DNA from: Eledone cirrhosa
Taxonomy: Eukaryota
Assembly (NCBI GenBank): GCA_964016885.1
Contig: OZ024754.1
Span: forward strand, 20,832,001 to 20,896,000
Length of the DNA stretch: 64,000 nt
Direction: 5' to 3'
The notes beneath the pieces are model-generated. The model worked only from the letters and a program-made list of their open reading frames with translations, ran no database searches and was not told where the DNA came from. This document shows positions 59,311 to 64,000 of the stretch, one piece after another (within the stretch, counting starts at the first letter, position 1; each line of letters begins with the position of its first letter). A program made the position numbers and the translations under genes.

Positions 59311-59999
59311 AACATAGGGACTCCCTCGCATATTACCCTTGGTATTAACATAGACTCCCGCCCATATTACCCTTGGTATTATCATAGGGACTCCCTCCCA
59401 TATTACCCTTGATATTAACATAGACTCCCTCCCATATTACCCTTGGTATTAACATAGACACCCTCCCATATTACCCTTGGTATTATCATAGGGACACCCT
59501 CCCATATTACCCTTGGTATTAACATAGACTCCCTCCCAAATTACCCTTGGTATTAACATAGACTCCCTCCCATATCAGCCTTGGTATTAACATAGGGACT
59601 CCCTCCTATATTACCCTTAGAATTAACATAGACTCCCTCCCATATTACCCTTGGTATTAACATAGACTCCTCCCATATTCCACTTGGTATTAACATAGAC
59701 TCACTCCCATATTAGCCTTGGTATTAACATAGAGACTCCCCACCCCCATATTACCCTTGGTATTAATATAGACTCCCTCCCATATTACCCTTGGTATTAA
59801 CATAGAGACGCCCTCCCATATTACCCTTGGTATTAACATAGAGACGCCCTCCCATATTACCCTTGGTATTATCATAGACTCCCTCCCATATTACCCTTGG
59901 TATTAACATAGACTCCCTCATATATTACCCTTGGTATTAACAAACTCCCTCCCATATTACCCTTACTATTAACATTGACTCCCTCCCATATTAGCCTTG

Positions 60000-62830
60000 G
60001 TATTAACATAGGGACTCCCTTGTTATATTACCCTTAGTATTAACATAGAATCCCTCCCATATTACCCTTGGTATTAACATAGACTCCCTCCCATGTTAGC
60101 CTTGGTATTAACATAGACTCCCTCCGATATTAGCCTTGGTATTAACATAGACTCCCTCCCATATTAGCCTTGGTATTAACATAGACTCCCTCCCATATTA
60201 GCCTTAGTATTAACATAGATTCCCTCCCATATTACCCTTGGTATTAACATAGACTCCCTCCCATATTAGCCTTGGTATTAACATAGACTCCCTCCCATAT
60301 TAGCCTTGGTATTAACATAGACTCCCTCCCATATTACCCTTGGTATTAACATAGGGCCTCCCTCCCATATTTCCCTTGGTATTAACATGGACTCCCTCCC
60401 ATATTAGCCTTATTAACATAGGGACTCCCTCCCATATTACCCTTGGTATTAACATAGAGAAACCCCACCCCCATATTACGCTTGGTATTAATATAGACTC
60501 CCTCCCATATTACCCTTGGTATTAACATAGAGACGCCCTCCCATATTACCCTTGGTATTAACATAGAGACGCCATCCCATATTACCCTTGGTATTAACAT
60601 AGACTCCCTCCCATATTACCCTTGGTATTAACATAGACTCCCTCCCATATTACCCTTGGTATTAACATAGAGACTCCCTCCCATATTAACATTGGTATTA
60701 ACATAGACTCCCTCCCATATTACCCTTGGTATTAACATAGACTCCCTCCCATATTAGCCTTGGTATTAACATAGACTCCCTCCCATATTAGCCTTGGTAT
60801 TAACATAGACTCCCTCCTATATTACCCTTGGTATTAACATAGACTCCCTCCAATATTAGCCTTGGTATTAACATAGGGACTCCCTCCCATATTACCCTTG
60901 GTATTAACATAGACTCCCTCCCATATTACCCTTGGTATTAACATAGACTCCCTCCCATATTACCCTTGGTATTAACATAGACTCCCTCCCATATTACCCT
61001 TGGTATTAACATAGACTCCTCCCATATTACACTTGGTATTAACATAGACTCACTCCCATATTAGCATTGGTATTAACATAGAGACTCCTCACCCCCATAT
61101 TACCCTTGGTATTAATATAGACTCCCTCCCATATTACCCTTGCTATTAACATAGAGACGCCCTCCCATATTACCCTTGGTATTAACATAGAGACGCGCTC
61201 CCATATTACCCTTGGTATGAACATAGACTCCCTCACATATTACCCTTGGTATTAACAGACTCCCTCCCATATTACCCTTGGTATTAACATAGACTCCCTC
61301 CCATATTAGCCTTGGTATTAATATAGAGACTCCGCCCCCATATTACCCTTGGTATTAACATAGACTCCCTCCCATATTACCCTTGGTATTAACATAGACT
61401 CCCTCACTTATTACCCTTGGTATTAACAGACTCCCTCCCATATTACCCTTAGTATTAACATTGACTCCCTCACATATTACCCTTGGTATTAACATAGACT
61501 CCCTCCCATATTACCCATGGTATTAACATAGGGACTCCCTCCCATATTACCCTTGGTATTAACATAGTGACTCCCTCCCATATTACCCTTGGTATTAACA
61601 TAGACTCCCTCCCATATTACCCTTGGTATTAACATAGACTCCCTCCCATATTACCCATGGTATTAACATAGGGACTCCCTCCCATATTACCCTTGGTATT
61701 AACATAGGGACTCGCTCCCATATTACCCTTGGTATTAACATAGACTCCCTCCCATATTACCCTTGGTATTAACATAGGGACTCCCTCCCATATTACCCTT
61801 GGTATTAACATAGACTCCATCCCATATTACCCTTGGTATTAACATAGACTCCCTAACATATTACCCTTGGTGTTAATCATAGACTCCCTCCCATATTCCC
61901 GTTGGTATTAACATAGGGACTCCCTCCCATATTACCCTTGGTATTAACATAGACTCCCTCCCATGTTAGCCTTGGTATTAACATAGACCCCCTCCCATAT
62001 CAGCCTTGGTATTAACATAGACTCCCTCCCATATTAGCCTTGGTATTAATATAGACTCCCTCCCATATTAGCCTTGGTATTAACATAGACTCCCTCCCAT
62101 ATTACCCTTGTTATTAACATAGACTGCCTCCCATATTACCCTTGGTATTAACATAGGGACTCCCTCCCATTTTACCCTTTGTATTAACATAGACTCCCTC
62201 CCATATTACCCTTAGTATTAACATAGACACCCTCCCATATTACCCTTGGTATTAACATAGACTCCCTCCCATATTAGCCTTGGTATTAATATAGGGACTC
62301 CCTTGTTATATTACCCTTAGTATTAACATAGACTCCCTCCCATATTACCCTTGGTATTAACATAGACTCCCTCCCATATTAGCCTTGTATTAACATAGAC
62401 TCCCTCCCATATTAGCCTTGGTATTAACATAGACTCCCTCCCATATTACCCTTGGTATTAACATAGGGCCTCCCTCCCATATTACCCTTGGTATTAACAT
62501 GGACTCCCTCCCATATTAGCCTTATTAAAATAGGGACTCCCTCCCATATTACCCTTGGTATTAACATAGAGAAACCCCACCCCCATATTACCCTTGGTAT
62601 TAATATAGACTCCCTCCCATATTACCCTTGGTATTAACAAGAGACGCCCTCCCATATTACCCTTGGTATTAACATAGAGACGCCATCCCATATAACCCTT
62701 GGTATTAACATAGACACCCTCCCATATTACCCTTGGTATTAACATAGACTCCCTCCCATATTACCCTTGGTATTAACATAGAGACTCCCTCCCATATTAA
62801 CATTGGTATTAACATAGACTCCCTCCCATA
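60000..62830. repeat. Degenerate ~2.1-2.3 kb-offset duplication (~60000-60720 vs ~62280-62830)
   Basis: TGTTATATT occurs at 60021/62304 and AAACCCCACCCC at 60460/62572. The 3-bp-deleted GCCTTATTAA monomer, GGGCCTCCC and GACGCCATCCC are present in both copies. Confidence 0.75.
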
Positions 62831-64000
62831 TTACCCATGGTGTCAACATAGACTCCCTCCCATATTAGACTTGGTATTAACATAGACTCCCTCCCATATT
62901 ACCCTTGGTATTAACATAGACTCCCGCCCATATTACCCTTGGTATTAACATAGACTCCCTCCCATATTAGCCTTGGTATTAATATAGAGACTCCGCCCCC
63001 CATATTACCCTTGGTATTAACATAGACTCCCTCCCATATTAGCCTTGTATTAACATAGAATCCCTCACATATTACCCTTGGTATTAACATAGACTCCCTC
63101 CCATATTACCCATGGTATTAACATAGACTCCCTCCCATATTACCCTTGGTATTAACATAGGGACTCCCTCCCATATTACACTTGGTATTAACATAGACTC
63201 CCTCCCATATTACCCTTGGTATTAACATAGACTCCCTCCCATATTACCCTTGGTATTAACATAGAGACTCCGTCCCGTATTACCCTTGGTATTAACATAG
63301 ACTCACTCCCATATTACCCTTGGTATTAACATAGGGACTCCCTCCCATATTACCCTTGATATTAACATAGGGACTCCCTCTCATATTACCCTTGGTATTA
63401 ACATAGACTCCCTCACATATTACCCTTGGTGTTAACATAGACTCCCTCACATATTACCCTTGGTATTCACATAGACTCCCTCCCATATTACCCTTGGTAT
63501 TAACATAGGGACTCCCTCCCATATTACCCTTGGTATTAACATAGACTCCCTCCCATATTAGCCTTGGTATTTACATAGACACCCTCCCATATTACCCTTG
63601 GTATTAACATAGACTCCCTCCCATATTCCTGTTGGTATTAATATAGGGACTCCCTCCCATATTAGCCTTGGTATTAACATAGGGACTCCCTCCCATATTA
63701 GCCTTGGTATTAACATAGGGACTCCCTCCCATATTAGCCTTGGTATTAACATAGACTCCCTCCCATATTAGCCTTGGTATTTACATAGACTCCCTCCCAT
63801 ATTACCCTTGGTATTAACATAGACTCCCGCCCATATTACCCTTAGTATCAACATAGGGACTCCCTCCCATATTAGCCTTGGTATTAACATAGACTCCCTT
63901 CCATATTACCCTTGGTATTAACATAGACTCCCTCCCATATTACCCTTGGTATTAACATAGACTCCCTCCCATATTAGCCTTGCTATTAACATAGACTCCC

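Larger units (their letters stand above)
1..64000. repeat. Tandem satellite array, 34-bp consensus monomer TAGACTCCCTCCCATATTACCCTTGGTATTAACA, ~1,850 copies, single orientation, running off both window edges
   Basis: The monomer is readable continuously from position 1 to 64000 with no intervening unique DNA. Length variants are 36 bp (TAGGGACTC.., TAGAGACTC..), 33 bp (GACTCCTCCC), 32 bp (TAACAGAC / TAAAAGAC) and variable poly-C forms. The family is not recognised. Confidence 0.99.

Noticed and set aside
221-63752. About 90 minus-strand ORFs of 60-116 aa (MLIPRVIWEGV / YVNTKGNMGGSLC repeats)
   Set aside because: These are translations of the satellite. A 34-bp unit cycles through frames and hits TAA in the third frame, so longer ORFs arise only where 36- or 33-bp monomers delay the stop. 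There is no frame preservation, no unique domain and no gene context.
1-64000. CRISPR array (repeat of 34-36 bp with a weak palindrome)
   Set aside because: The repeats abut directly with no unique spacers, and there is no leader or cas gene.
1-64000. Product of templated de novo synthesis (telomerase-like, DRT2-type rolling-circle cDNA encoding an endless ORF) or a rolling-circle amplification artefact
   Set aside because: Rare variants are inherited in the same order across kb-scale copies with several different periods. This indicates DNA-level duplication over time rather than repeated copying of one short template. The repeat also has stops and no continuous ORF.
1-64000. Canonical telomere tract
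   Set aside because: There are no tandem TTAGGG/CCCTAA-type short repeats, only a single TTACCCT-like word per 34-bp unit.
1-64000. Antigenic-variation cassette archive or information-encoding order of monomer variants
   Set aside because: No expression locus, recombinase or coding constraint is visible. Nested tandem duplication explains the variant order sufficiently.
1-64000. Nucleosome-length pentamer (5 x 34 = 170 bp) periodicity
   Set aside because: This is a numerical coincidence only. The observed sub-HORs are 6, 7, 14, 15 and 22 monomers, and I saw no 5-monomer periodicity of variants.

Overview
The whole 64 kb window is one uninterrupted head-to-tail tandem satellite array in a single orientation, about 1,850 monomers (64,000 / ~34.6 bp). 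The consensus monomer is 34 bp, TAGACTCCCTCCCATATTACCCTTGGTATTAACA (41% GC, 11 C vs 3 G on the + strand, no CpG). Common length variants are 36 bp (TAGGGAC.. or TAGAGAC..), 33 bp and 32 bp. I see no unique sequence, gene, RNA gene, transposon or CRISPR spacer. All listed ORFs are minus-strand read-throughs of the repeat. The information lies in the order of variant monomers. Rare variants used as landmarks reveal a mosaic of higher-order repeat (HOR) domains: ~5.3-5.5 kb (3.0-13.8 kb), 3,410 bp (13.9-19.7 kb), ~5.2-5.3 kb (20-29.4 kb), ~3.0-3.8 kb (30.7-41.2 kb) and a near-identical 2,806 bp duplication (53.7-59.3 kb). Nested 207-762 bp duplications, a subfamily switch near 41.5-42 kb and an older ~6-12-monomer cassette shared across domains are also present. 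This architecture resembles eukaryotic heterochromatic (centromeric, pericentromeric or subtelomeric) satellite DNA, which is an inference. I do not recognise the family or organism. Offsets were read by eye from landmarks and from the ORF track, and domain edges are approximate.
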